This document shows positions 13,349-25,918 of a stretch of DNA of 64,000 nucleotides, piece by piece. Origin of the DNA: Centroscyllium fabricii (Eukaryota); NCBI GenBank assembly GCA_051313645.2, contig JBNRSN020000003.1, positions 159,340,001-159,404,000 of the forward strand, in the 5' to 3' direction. Under the pieces are notes generated by a model. The model saw only the letters and a list, made by a program, of their open reading frames with translations, was not told the DNA's origin and searched no databases. The position numbers were made by a program, and so were the translations under genes. The first letter of the stretch is position 1. Each line of letters opens with the position of its first letter.

Positions 13349-14573
13349 TACCGGCCTGGGAAACTTAGCCCACAGACGCCCTATCCCGTGGAACATGTGC
13401 CAACGCACAGGTCGATAAGCTACGGGCCCTCCACAATGATCTCTGCCACCCGGGGGTCACCAGGTTTTTCCACTTCATTAAGGCCCGCAACCTGCCTTAC
13501 TCCATCGAGGAGGTCAGGACCATGACCAGGAACTGCCAAGTCTGTGCCGAATGCAAACCGCACTTTTATAGGCCAGACAGCGCGCACCTGATAAAAGCCA
13601 CCCGCTCCTTCGAGCGTCTAAGCGTAGATTTTAAAGGGCCCCTCCCCTCCTCTGACCACAACACGTACTTCCTCAACATCATTGATGAGTACTCCCATTT
13701 CTCATTCGCTATCCCCTGCCCGGACATGACCAGCGCCACAGTCATCAAATGTCTCAATGATCTCTTCGCCATATTCGGTTTTCCCAGCTACATCCATAGC
13801 GACAGGGCTCATCGATCATGTGCGACGAGCTGCACCAGTACCTGCTCGAAAAAGGAATAGCCATGAGCAGGACCACCAGCTACAATCCCCGGGGTAACGG
13901 ACAAGTAGAAAGGGAGAACGCGACAATGTGGAAAACTGCTATGCTAGCCTTAAAGTCCAGAGGCCTCCTAACCTCCTGCTGGCAAGAAGTCCTCCCCGAT
14001 GCGCTTCACTCCATACGGTCACTACTCTGTACCGCCACGAACGCCACCCCTCACGAGAAAATGTTTGTCTTCCCTAGGAAATCCATCTCGGGGACATCGC
14101 TACCACCATGGCTGACGTCTCCAGGGCCCGTCTTGCTCAGGAAGCACGTGAGGAGCCATAAAACAGACCCCCTGGTTGAGGGTCCACCTCCTCCACGCCA
14201 TCCCACAATATGCATACGTGGCATAGCCTGACGGGCGGGAGGACACAGTCTCCATACGTGACCTCGCACCCTCAGGTGCCACCGAAAACACCATTACCCA
14301 CTACCCATTACCATTACCCACTACACACCCCTAGAAGGGAATCCACACCTAACCCAAGTAGACGGCACGACAGGGCCCTGTGACCCATCCTTATACTCCC
14401 ACAGACCCCGCACCCACGAAGACGACAAGCCGGTGCTCCAGCCCACGCGGGAAAAGAACCGCCGCAGCCGGCACCATGACGGTCACTACGGCGGACAAGA
14501 CCCCGGAGAGACTTGCCTATGTGAACTTCTGAGACACTTCAGCCCGCCGGACTCATTTTAAACAAGGGGTGAA

Positions 14574-14788
14574 TGTGGTGAACTACTAATCTGCCTGTAC
14601 AGAACATGTCTGGGCATGCCTCAGCTGGCTCCACCCCTAAGCCCAGGTTTAAAGGTGATTGACCTCCAGACACCCTGACTTTAAGCATCGGTCTACCAGC
14701 AGAGGCATGCTCATATTCTTTTGTTAATAAAAGCCTACTTGTTATAAGTTTAACTCTTAGTCTTTTGGGAGTTATTGATGGCACATCA
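14574..14788 (+). repeat. 3' LTR of Gypsy 2
   Basis: Direct repeat of 8543-8757, followed by TSD GTCAT. Confidence 0.93.
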
Positions 14789-14939
14789 GTCATCCCAAAT
14801 GCTCAGACTGTACAATCCAAGTTTAACTCAGTCACAGGTCTGGGGGGAAAAAAAATCTCAAGTCCAATTCTAGATTTTTGGGAGAGACTGAAGCCTTCAA
14901 ATAATAACTTTAAATGAAGGAATTGAGAGAGACAAGATA

Positions 14940-16478
14940 CATAGAATCATAGAATCATAGAAATTTTACAGTGCGGATAAGGGCCATTCGGCCCATCCAG
15001 TCCGCACCGGCCCAGAAAAACTCCTCACTGTTCTAACCCCAGTTGCCCGCACCTGGCCCATAACCCTGTATGTTATGGTCCTTCATGTGCTGGTCCAAGT
15101 ATTTTTTAAATGTTGTGATGGTTCCTGCCTCCACCACCCTCACAGGCAGGGAGTTCCAGTCTTCCACCACCCTCTGGGTAAAGAAATTTCTCCTTACCTC
15201 CCCCCTAAACCTCCCCCCCCTGATCTTGAATCTATGTCCCCTAGTGCTTGACTCTCCCACCAGGGGAAACAATGCCCCTTTGTCTACCCTATCGTGTCCC
15301 CTCATGATCTTGTACACCTCAATCATGTCACCCCTCCACCTTCTTTTTTCCAAGGCAAACAACCCCAGCCTGTCCAGCCTTTCCTCGTAGCATAGGTCCG
15401 CCAGACCAGGTATCATCCTGGTAAACCTTCTCTGCACCCTCTCCAGGGCAGCCACATCCTTCCTGTAGTGCGGTGACCAGAACTGCACACAGTACTCCAG
15501 CTGAGGTCTCACCAGTGTGTTATACAGGTTTAACATTACCTCCCTACTTTTGTATACTATGCCCTGGTTAATAAAGGCGAGAATTCCGTATGCCTTCTTA
15601 ACCACCTTGTTAACGTGTCCAGCAACCTTCAGGGAGCTGTGCACCTGTACCCCCAGGTCCCTCTGCTCCTCGGTCCTATTTAACGTTTTGTTGTTCATGG
15701 TATATTCCCTTACCCCATTTGGTCTACCGAATTGAATGACCTCGCATTTCTCTGGGTTGAACTCCATTTGCCATTTTTCTGCCCAATTAACCATTATATC
15801 TATATCCTCCTGAAGCCCCTTACTATCCTCATCGTTGTTTACCACCCTTCCGATTTTCGTATCATCAGCGAATTTGCTGATCGTACCCCCTACTCCCATA
15901 TCCAAATCATTGATGTATACTAGAAACAGTAAGGGTCCCAAAACCGATCCTTGGGGGACGCCACTGGTTACTGGTTTCCAGTCACAGAAGCAGCCCTCTA
16001 CCATTACCCTTTGTCTCCTATCCCCCAGCCAATTTTCGATCCACTGTGCCAAGTTACCCTGTATCCCGTGCGCTCTAACCTTTGTTATTAGTCTCCTATG
16101 TGGGACTTTATCAAAAGCCTTGCTAAAGTCCATATACACTACGTCCACAGTACTCCCTTCATCCACCCTCTTTGTTACTTCCTCAAAGAATTCCAACAGA
16201 TTGGTCAGGCACGACTTACCTTTGACGAAGCCATGCTGACTGTCTCTTATTAGACCTTGGTTGTCCAAATGCGAACTGATTTTTTCCCTCAGAATTTTTT
16301 CCATTACTTTCCCCACTACAGATGTAAGACTGATTGGCCTGTAGTTGCCTGGTTTGTCCCTACTACCCTTTTTAAACAAGGGTACTACATTAGCCGTTCT
16401 CCAGTCCTCAGGCACATCCCCTGACGTGAGAGAGGTCCTGAAGATTTGGGACAGGGGGCCCGCAAGCTCCTCCCTGGA
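14940..16478 (-). mobile_element. 5'-truncated young CR1 LINE with open RT C-terminus
   Basis: Uninterrupted ORF 15033-16478 (QHGF, VYMDFSKAFDKV, GVPQGSVLGP, KFADDTK); (ATTCTATG)n tail at 14940-14963. Confidence 0.95.
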
Positions 16479-17585
16479 CGTAGTGTACATCATGATTAAC
16501 AGTATAGAGTTAATCATGATGTGAAATATGGATTTTCCCCAATTTTATTTACACCCTTATTTTGAGCATATGAAATTTCAGTTACCAACAAAAATGATTA
16601 CAGGTGGGAAAAAAAAAAACTTAGAAAGCATTTTGAGCAATTTCAGAACCTGGTGACGAGATTGCATTGAGTAATGAGTTTACGTAAGCAAAACCCATTA
16701 TAAATGTGGACATAGAAATTTATAATGAGAAAAAGTTGAATTTACCTGGCTCACCTCCTTCGATCAGCGAGCTATTCCAAATGCATGAGCAGTTCACCAA
16801 CAGAAATCATATCGAGACACCATCCTGAAAATGGTTTGTACCTTCGACCACATCAGACAAGTGGTAGGCGTTCTCTGCCTGTCTCCTGCCTGATGGAAGT
16901 GGTCACTTTAACAGCAACCCCTTTATGTATTAATTTTTGCAAATAGTCTCCAAGTGGCAACTTATCAAATGCCTTCTGAAAACACATGTATATATGTAAC
17001 AACCAAAACACCCTGAAGCTGAAACTAAATTAGTAAAGATAACCTTCTGCTTACAATTCCATGCTGACCATTTCCAATTGGCCCAAAGCGTTTACTAATT
17101 TTAGCCCATATTATTATGAATAGAAGTTTACCCACATCCGAGGTAAGAATAACTGATTATAATTACCTAACTTATCACTTCCTCAGATGAACAGAGGTGC
17201 AACATTTTCTGACCTTTAGCACCATTTCACCAGCCTGCCTGCGTCTTCCTAAAATGTATCACTGTCCTCCTCACTGTTCACTATACTTCCAAGTTTTGTC
17301 TCATCTGCAAATTTTGGAATTGTGCCCTGCACACCCACGTCCAAGTCATTAATATATATCAAGAAAAGCAGTGGTCCTAGAACCGACACCTAGGGACCAC
17401 CACCACCTTCTAGTGCAAAAAACAACCGTTCACCACTACTCGCCGTTTCCTGTCACTTAGCCAATTCCGTATCCTTGCTGCCACTATCCCTTTTGTTCCA
17501 TGGGCTTCAACTTTGCTGGCAAGCCTATTACGTGGCACTTTGTCGCACGTCTTTTGGAAATCCATGTACACCATGTTAACTGCAT

Positions 17586-17718
17586 AGATGGAATGGCGGC
17601 GCGCACAGACGCAGCGGCTTTGCTGGACTCTTGGGAGCTTGCAAGATCACATTTCGTTGTTCATGTACTTGTACATTGTATAATGACAATAAAGTTGAAT
17701 TATTATTATTATTATTAT
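17586..17718 (+). mobile_element. Short (about 130 bp) non-autonomous retroelement with Rex1-like 3' end, inserted in an old CR1 fragment
   Basis: GC-rich head ATGGCGGCGCGCACAGACGCAGCGG; ATGACAATAAAGTTGAATT plus (TTA)n tail; flanks rejoin as CR1 sequence. Confidence 0.55.
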
Positions 17719-18388
17719 TACCCTCATCAACCCACTCTGTTACCTCAAAGAACTTAAATCAAGATAGTTAAACACAATTTGCCTTTAAAAAATCCGTGCT
17801 GGCTTTCCTTCATTAATTCTCCTTAACTAAAGTCTAGTAGATTCCTTTTGAATATTCATCTTCAGTCATGGCTCTTCGACATCCTATTGAGGCACTCTAT
17901 TTTTTATTTATTCATTCAGGGCGTCGCCGGCAAAGCCATCATTTATGAACCGATTTCCCTTTCCCCCCCCCCCCCGCACAATTGCTCCCCTCACTACTCT
18001 TCTCCTTAACTTATGTGCTATCTGCCTGATGGTGCGTCTCTCCAAACTTCACCTCCATCCCTCGGGTTTACTGCGAGACTGACATTTTTTTTTTTGATTA
18101 TCAGTTCTAATTCTTTGGCTGACAAAGACATCCACTTGATCTTAAAACTATAGAACTTCCTTCAATGCCAAAACACTAGATGGAAAAAGATCTCCCAGCT
18201 ACAATTCTCAGTCAGCGGCATAAAGAATACAATAATAATTTAAATATAATAAAAGTGGCCAACACTCAAACACTTATAAATATGTACCTTTAGAACATTT
18301 CCCATTGGCGTTTCACCCCCCTCCACCTCACCCATCCGTGTTCATGCCTATTTATTGACCATTAGCAAGATATTTTTGTGGATTTATA

Positions 18389-18732
18389 CAGGTTGAACAC
18401 AGTTTATCCGGTAACGGGAAAGCCGGCAACTTCAGTCGTCCGGCATAAATCGCCCCGACTGCCCTGCACATGTGCAAAATGGCCACCGCGATCGATGCTT
18501 CGGCGAATGATCTGCGCATGTGCCGCCGAATGGCGAGCGCATGCGCAGATCATTCAAAATGGCCGCAGATCATTCAAAACTTCACGGCAGCCACTTTGCT
18601 TGATCTGCGCATGCGCGCGGCCATTTTGAATGGTGCGCGCATGCGCACTGGCCGGCTTCTTTCTTCCTTTTTTTTCCGCTATACCGGCACGAGCCTAGTC
18701 CCGCCCGTGCCGGTATAACAGTGTTCAACCTG
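18389..18732. mobile_element. Tc1/mariner-type MITE, same family as 12798 (shorter, opposite orientation)
   Basis: TIR CAGGTTGAACAC(A/T)GTT..., TA flanks, shared internal GCGCATGCGC repeats. Confidence 0.88.
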
Positions 18733-21103
18733 TATCATGCAACAAGACGACAGAACCTTTAAAAAATATATTATACATCTGGGGTTATAATAGGCTCAAC
18801 GGACAAGGAAGATTTTTATGGGCAAATATTCCACTTATAAAGCAGAGTGTAACATATTCTACAGATACATGCCCTCCTACCCTAACTGTATTTTATTTGC
18901 TAACATCTTTACAGTAAATAATTAGACATACATTTACAAACTAAATACAAAGAAAACCAAGCATCAACCATTTGTTTGGGAAAGCAGCCCTAGTCGCAAT
19001 GTTGGCTACAAATAATCAATCTTTGCCAATTCTGATCAATTCTTTTACTAACATCTAAATCAGAAAGATTTAAAGAATAGATGGGCTTTTAAAATAAACA
19101 AATCTAAAAAGCATATTTTGCAGATAAACAACTGACTTGCATACTGTTAGGGCCAGTCACTCTTTTAAAAGATTAATTAGGGAGGGGCGAGAAAGTCAGT
19201 CCTTCTAAATAAACACTCAAATGGCACAAGTACATCACAGATAAAAAAGTGTTACAACGCACCCCCAATAACTTGGGTAAATGCACTGCCTGATTTGGGG
19301 ACTGTGTGCAGTGCTGGTTACCTAATTACAGAAAGGATAGTAATGCCCTTGAGAAGGAACAGAGGAAAGCAACAACGCTGATTCCAGATGTCAGAAATTT
19401 GTTATGAGGAAACATTGAGCTTGTTTTAGTTGGAAGAGAGAAAATTTTGAGTTGAAGTTTACAAGATTATAAAAAGGGACTGATAAAGTGGTTCTTGGCA
19501 AATAGTGAACTATGGTGAAAGGTTCAAATACCAGGGGAGAAGTTGAAAACTTTAAAAGTTATGAATCAGAAGGGAAATTAGGCAGAATAAGTTGCCATGG
19601 AACATGACTGAAGCAGACAATATAAATGGATTCAAGAGACAACTAGGCATCCTTCTAGGCAAAGAATGTGTGTGACTCGGGTACAATACTGGGGTACTGA
19701 TTGATTCACTGGAGATGTGTCAAGGATTGTTTCACGAGATGGGTAAGAATGACCAAAAGTCACTCTAATGCATTGGAAAACAACCTGCACAGACCAAAGT
19801 ATATCAATTTCAATTTATAATCTTTTATAATCTCAATTTCATCTGGTAAATGAGCAGTGAATGGAATTGAGTCAGGTGGGTTGGAGAGTGGCCAATTTCA
19901 AAAAGGGAGCCAGCACTAGCCCCGGTAATTACAGCCAGTTACTTTAGTATCTGTGGTAGGGAAAATACTGAAAACTTTAATTAAAATGAAATGACTAAGT
20001 ATCCAGATGAAGAGAAAATTAGGAACAACCAACACATGTTTCAGAAAGTAAGATCATAGTCAAATGTAATAGAGTTCTTTGGAGGAGATGATGGTGGATA
20101 GGGGAAATGTAGTAAATGAGGTGTGCATGAACTCTCAGAATGCCTTTGACAAGCTACGACACAGGAGGCTACTGGAGAAGATTAAGGTGTACGGAATTAT
20201 GGAGAGGCAACAAACTGGATTACAGGCTGCTTAGAAAGGAAGAAAGAGTTAAGACTTAAGGGCAGCTTCTAGGAGTGGATGGAAGTTAGTGATGTCCTAC
20301 AGGGTTCTGTTCACTGTGCAGATCAATGACTTGGATACTTGTGGAAGAGCAGATGATTCACGAGATGTTAAAAACAGCACCTCAAGTGATTGGGCCAAAA
20401 AAGATAATGGCATAGAATTCGGGTCTCCACGGGTGAGTACGCACTGGGTACTCAACCGTAGGCCTAACGAAAGTGCCGGTTTCGTGCATGCACTGCGCAT
20501 GCGCAGGAAACTGGAGCTTCCGTTCCCTTAAAGGAAGGGATTCAGAGGTGGAATGCGTGCACGGGAGAGGCAGCGCGTGCGCATCAAACTTCTTTTTTTT
20601 GCAGGTTTCTCCGGGAGGGTAAGTCTCCAGCAGTTACACTTTTAAAAAGCAGGCGCAAGGCCTGCTTTTAACAAGGTAAGTGGCAAATTAATTAAAATTG
20701 AAACATTTTTTCCCACAGGTTTAAATTTAAATACTTCAAAGAAAGGTATGTTTATTTTTGGCCCCGTTAGAAAATGTAATTAATTTTCTCAAAAATGTAA
20801 ATTGTTTAAAATAGTTATTACATGTAATTTATAGTTATTTTTAAAATGTGATTTTTTTTAAAAATGTATTTGAAGTCTTAGTTCTGTTTTGGGGCTTATG
20901 GTATTTATAGTTTTGACAGCTCTGCCTGTCAATTTTATGACCAGGCATTCCCTGCTACCAATGGCTCTCCTTGGCCCACGTGATCCCAGGGGATGCTTCA
21001 AACTAACTGTGCCGCTGGGATACGCAAGCACTGCACGCCGGCAGCTGGAGGCAGCCCAGGATCGGAATCCCATGCAGGCCCACAGCTCAACGGCAGATAT
21101 GTC

Positions 21104-24100
21104 AGAAACATAAAAACATAGAAGATAGGAACAGGAATAGGCCATTCGGCATCTTGAGCCTGCTCCGCCATTAAATGAGATCATGGCCGATCATCCAAAT
21201 TCAGTACCCTGTCCCTGCCTTCTCCCCATATCCCTTGATCCCTTTAGCCTTAAGGAATATATCCAATGCCTTCTTGAATATATTTAATGAATTGGCCTCC
21301 ACCGCCCTCTGTGGCAGAGAATTCCACAGGTTCACCACTCCCTGGGTGAAGAAATTCCTCCTCATCTCAGTCCTAAATGGCTTACCCCTTATCCTTAAAC
21401 TATGACCCCTGGTTCTGGACTCCCCCCGCCATCGGGAACATCCTTCCTGCATCTAGTCTGTCCAGGCCTGACAGACTTTTATAGGTTTCAATGAGATCCC
21501 CTCTCATTCTTCTAAACGCGAGTGAGTATAAGCCCAATCGACACAATCTCTCCTCATACGTCAGTCCTGCCATCCCAAGTATCAGCCTGGTGAATCTTCG
21601 CTGCACTCCTTCCATGGCAAGAACATCCTTCCTCAGATAAGACGACCAAAATTGCACACAATAAATCGAGGTGCGGTCTCACCAAGGCCCTTTACAGCAG
21701 CAGCAAGACATCTTTGTTCCTGTACTCGAACCCTCTTGCTATGAAGGCCAACATACCATTTGCCTTCTTAACCACCTGCTGCACCTGCATGCTTAACTTC
21801 AGCGACTGGTGCACAAGAACGCCCAGGTCTCTTTGCACTTCCCCCTTCTCCCAATCTATTGCCATTCATATAATCATTTGCCTTCCTGTTTCTGCCACCA
21901 AAGTGGATAACCTCCCATTTATCCACATTATAGCGCATTTGCCATGTTTCTGCCCAATCACCCAACCTGTCCAAATCGTACTGGAGTTTCACGACATCCT
22001 CCTCACAGCATATCCTCCCACCCACCTTTGTGTCGTCTGCAAATTTGGAGATACTACATCCAATTCCCTTGTCCAGATCATTAACATATATTGTGAACAG
22101 TTGGGGTCCTAGGACCGATCCTTGCGGTACCCCACTAGTCACTGCCTGTCACTCAGAAAATGACCCGTTTATTCCAACTCTTTGCTTTCTATCTGCCAAC
22201 CAGTTCTCTATCCAAGTCAATACCTTGCCCCCAATCCCATGTGCCTTAATTTTGCACGCTAATCCCTTATGCGGGACCTTATCAAACACCTTTTGGAATA
22301 ACAAATACACATCAACTGGTTCTCCCTTATCTATTTTACCAGTTACATCCTCAAAAAATTTCCAGTAGATTAGCCAAGCACGATTTACCTTTTGTAAATC
22401 CATGTTGACTTTGTCCGATTCAGTCATTGCTTTCCCAGTGCTCTGCTATTACATCTTTTATAAAAGGACTCTAGCATTTTCCACACTACTGATGTCAGGC
22501 TTACCGGTCTATAATTACCCACTTTTTCTCTACCACTTTTTTTGAATAGTGGGGTAACATTAGGTACTCTCCAATCTATAGGTACTGCTCCAGAGTCCAA
22601 CGCGTTCTGGAAGATGACCAGCAATGCATCTACTATCTCCAGGGCCACTTCCTTAAGTACCCTAGGATGTAGATTATCCTGGGGATTTATCAGCCCTCAA
22701 TCCCATCAACTTCCCCAAAACCATTTCCCTACAAATACTGATTTCTTTCAGTTCCTTCCTCTCATTAGTCCCTATGTTCCCCGACATCTCCGGGAGGTTG
22801 TTTGTATCCTTCTTTGTGAAGACAGAACCAAAGTATGTATTTAATTGGACTGCCATTTCTTTGTTACCCATTATAAATTCCCCTGATTCTGACTGTAAGG
22901 AACCTACGCTTGACTTCACCAATCCTTTTCTCTTCACATATCTATAAAAGCTTTTACAGTCAGTTTTTATGTTCCCTGAAAGCTTACTCTCATACTTTAT
23001 TTTCCCCCTCTTAATTAATCCCTTTGTCCTCCTTTGTTGAATCCTAAACTGCTCCCAATCCTCAGATGTATTGCTTTTTCTGGCCAATTTTATGCCCTCT
23101 GCTTGGATCTTATGCTATCCCTAATTTCCCTCGTTAGCCACGGTTGAGTCACCTTTTTCGTTTTATTTTTAAGCTAAACTGGGATGAACAAATTCTGTAG
23201 TTCATCCATGCATCTTTGAATGTTTGCCATTGCCTTTCCACCGTCGACCCTTTGAGCGACATTCCCCAATCAATCCTACCCAACTCGCGCCTCATACCAT
23301 CGTAGTTTCCTTTATTTGAATTCAGGACCCTAGTCCCTGAGTCAACTCCTTCACTCTCCATCTTAAATGAAGAATTCTATCATATTATGATTGCTCCGAC
23401 CCAAGGGGCCTCGCACAACAACATTGCTAATTAATTCTCTCATTACATGATACCCAGTCTAAGATGGCCTGATCTCTAGTTGGTTCCTCAACATATTGTT
23501 CCAAAAAACCATCCCGTATGCACTCCAGGAATTCCTCCTCCACAGCATTGTTACGAATTTGGTTAGCCCAATCTAATTTCCCTTTTAATGCCATCCCTGA
23601 CCTCCGCATTACTGTTTGGCAGTCTATATACCACTTTCACTATCGTTTTCTGCCCCTTGGTATTCCGCAGTTCCACCCATGCAGATTCCACATCATCAGA
23701 ACTGATTTCCTTCCTTACAGTTGTGTTAATCCCCTCTTTAACCAGCAATGCTACCCCACCTCCTTTACCTGTTTGCGTGACTTTCCTGAATATTGAATAC
23801 CCCTGGATGTGGAGTTCCCAGCCTTGGCCATCCTGGAGCCATGTTTCCGTAATCCCACTCATATCATATTTGTTTACCTCTATTTGTGCAGCCAATTCAT
23901 CCACCTTTTTACGAATGCTCCTCGCATTAAGACACAAAGCCTTCAGGCTTGCTTTTTTAACACTCTTAAATCTTTTAGAATTATTATTTGCTGTGGCTAT
24001 GTTTGATTTAAACCCTTGATTTCACAGTCTGCCACTTTTCTTTTTCTCCTTCCTGTCTTTTGCTTTTATCCTTGATTCCCTTTCCTTTGTCTCCCCACTC

Positions 24101-24880
24101 AGGTTCCCAACTCCCTGCCATTTTATCATTTAAACCCTCCCCCAGAGCACTAGCAAACACTCCCCCTGGGACATCGGTCCTGGCCCTGCCCAGGTGCAGA
24201 CCGTCCTTTTTGTACTGGTCCCACATCCCCCAGAACCGGTTCCAATGTCCCAGGAATTTGAAACCCTCCCCCTTGCACCATTCCTCTAGCCACGTATTCA
24301 TTTGAAATATCCTTCTATTTCTACTCTGACTAGCACGTGGCACTGGCAGCAATCCTGAGATTACTACCTTTGAGGTTCTATTTTTTTTAATTTACCTCCT
24401 AACTCCCTGTATTCAGCTTTTAGACCTCATCCCAGTTTTTACCTATATCGTTGGTACCTATATGTACCACTACAACTGGCTGTTCACCTTCCCTTTCTAA
24501 AATGATCTGCAGCTGCTCGGAGACATCCTTGACCCTTGCACCAGGGAGGCAACACACCAGCCTGGAGTCTCGTTTGCGGCTGCAGAAACGTCTATCTATT
24601 CCCCTTACAATAGAGTCCCCTATCACTATAGCTCTACCCCCTTTTTGCTCCAGTCCGGTGCAGCAGAACCACCCCTGGTGCCAGGAAGTTGGCTGCTGCT
24701 ACCTTCCCCCCTAGTCCATCCCCCCCCATCAGTATCTAAAGTGGTATATCTGTTTGAGAGGGGGATGGTCACAGGGGGCCCCTGCACTACCTGCCTGCGC
24801 CTAACACACTATTGGTCACCGATTCCCTTCCCGCTTGTGCAATATTTGCCTGTGATGTGACCAACTCACTAAACGTGCTA
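21104..24880 (-). mobile_element. Near full-length degenerate CR1 LINE (ORF1 esterase, ORF2 APE-RT, 3' tail)
   Basis: CLNARSI/GITETW endonuclease, GVPQGSVLGP/KFADDTK RT, 3' UTR GAATGGCCTATTCCTG plus (TTCTATG)-like tail. Confidence 0.93.
24008..24626 (-). pseudogene. CR1 ORF1 SGNH/esterase domain
   Basis: IGDSIVRG, CLPGARVKDV, VVVHIGTND, DGLHL motifs. Confidence 0.85.
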
Positions 24881-25028
24881 ATCATGTAGGTAAGTGCGGG
24901 TCAGGGGCTTGCACCAGCGGGAAGCCTCCGACCTGAATTTCTGGGCCAATAGAATTGTGGGTTTTATGGCAAGCAGTATTGATTATAAAAGTAGAGATGT
25001 AATGGTGAGTCTATATAAAACCTTAGTA

Positions 25029-25743
25029 CAGGTTGAGCACCGTTAATCGGGCACGGGCGGGACCAGGCCCGTGCCGGGAAATGGAAAAAACCGGGAGAAC
25101 GAGTTTGGACACTGCGCATGCGCGCAAGTCAAAATGGCCGCGCGCATGCGCGCAGCATTGCGATTGGCTGGCGCGCGCATGCGCAGATCGGGCCCGGGTC
25201 CGCCGTCCCTCTCCATCGCCTTTGGACAAATGCAAAAAGTCACACAACACCAGGTTTAAAGTCCAACGTTTTATTTTAAATCACAAGCTTTCGGAGCTCC
25301 GAAAGCTTGTGATTTAAAATAAAACGTTGGACTTTAAACCTGGTGTTGTGTGACTTTTTGCATTTGTCCACCCCAGTCCAACACCGGCACCTCCGCATTA
25401 TCGCCTTTGGGGTTGCTGCTGCCGCCGAGCGGGACTCAGGCTGACAGCTGTTGCCTAATGACTGTCGCCTCAGTCACGGGGCTCAGCTGTCGAGAACATA
25501 ACGGGCGGCCGTATTGAATTATCTGCGCATGCGCTAACCGTCCGGTGACGCATGCGCAGATCATTCAAAACACCCGCAGCTGTTTTGAATGATCTGCGCA
25601 TGCGCTAGGCGCATGCGCAGATCATTCGCTGAAGCCACGATGGGGGCTGCCATTTTGCGCATGCGCAGTGCAGTCGGGGCAATTTGTGCCGGCAGACTGA
25701 AGCTGCCGGCTATTCGGGACACGGATTAACGGTGCTCAACCTG
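25029..25743. mobile_element. Tc1/mariner-type MITE, third copy, containing a Penelope-like insertion
   Basis: TIR CAGGTTGAGCACCGTTAATC, TA flanks. Confidence 0.9.
25226..25399 (+). mobile_element. Penelope-like 3' end with inverted copy (perfect 148-bp palindrome 25223-25370)
   Basis: Same terminal sequence as 27229 and 46506 copies; TSD ATCGCCTTTGG (25215-25225, 25400-25410); hammerhead truncated at the fold-back point. Confidence 0.78.
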
Positions 25744-25918
25744 TACGATCACAATTGGAGTACATGAGGTTTTGGGCTCTAAAATACAGCAAGAATGTTG
25801 AGGCATTAGAAAGGGTACAACACAGATTCACTGGGATGATGCCTGGTATGAGGAAATACAAAGAAAATGTGAAAATTTGGGTTTTTCTTTGGTTGGAAAA
25901 GAGATTATGGGGTAATTT

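Larger units (their letters stand above)
9760..14520 (+). pseudogene. pol: Gypsy 2 pol, interrupted by Rex1 LINE and MITE
   Basis: LFDCGS/LLGLDF protease; LVIDY|SQTINR RT split by LINE; DLKSAY, PFGITNG; ESDASD RNase H; SVDFKGP, HSDR, NGQVER integrase. Confidence 0.88.
8543..14788 (+). mobile_element. Full-length degenerate Ty3/Gypsy LTR retrotransposon (second family) with two nested insertions
   Basis: 215-bp LTRs TGTGG...CATCA; 5-bp TSD GTCAT (8538-8542, 14789-14793); PPT AAACAAGGGGTGAA; Gag double zinc knuckle; PR, RT, RH, IN motifs. Confidence 0.93.
20409..24947. mobile_element. PIF/Harbinger-like non-autonomous element split by a CR1 insertion
   Basis: Imperfect TIRs GGCATAGAATTCGGGTC / GACCTGAATTTCTGGGCC; 3-bp TSD AAT (20406-20408, 24948-24950); sits inside an old plus-strand CR1. 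Confidence 0.6.

Noticed and set aside
16744-16892. Exon-like segment with minus-strand splice signals
   Set aside because: Stops in the frames tried; cannot exclude a non-coding exon
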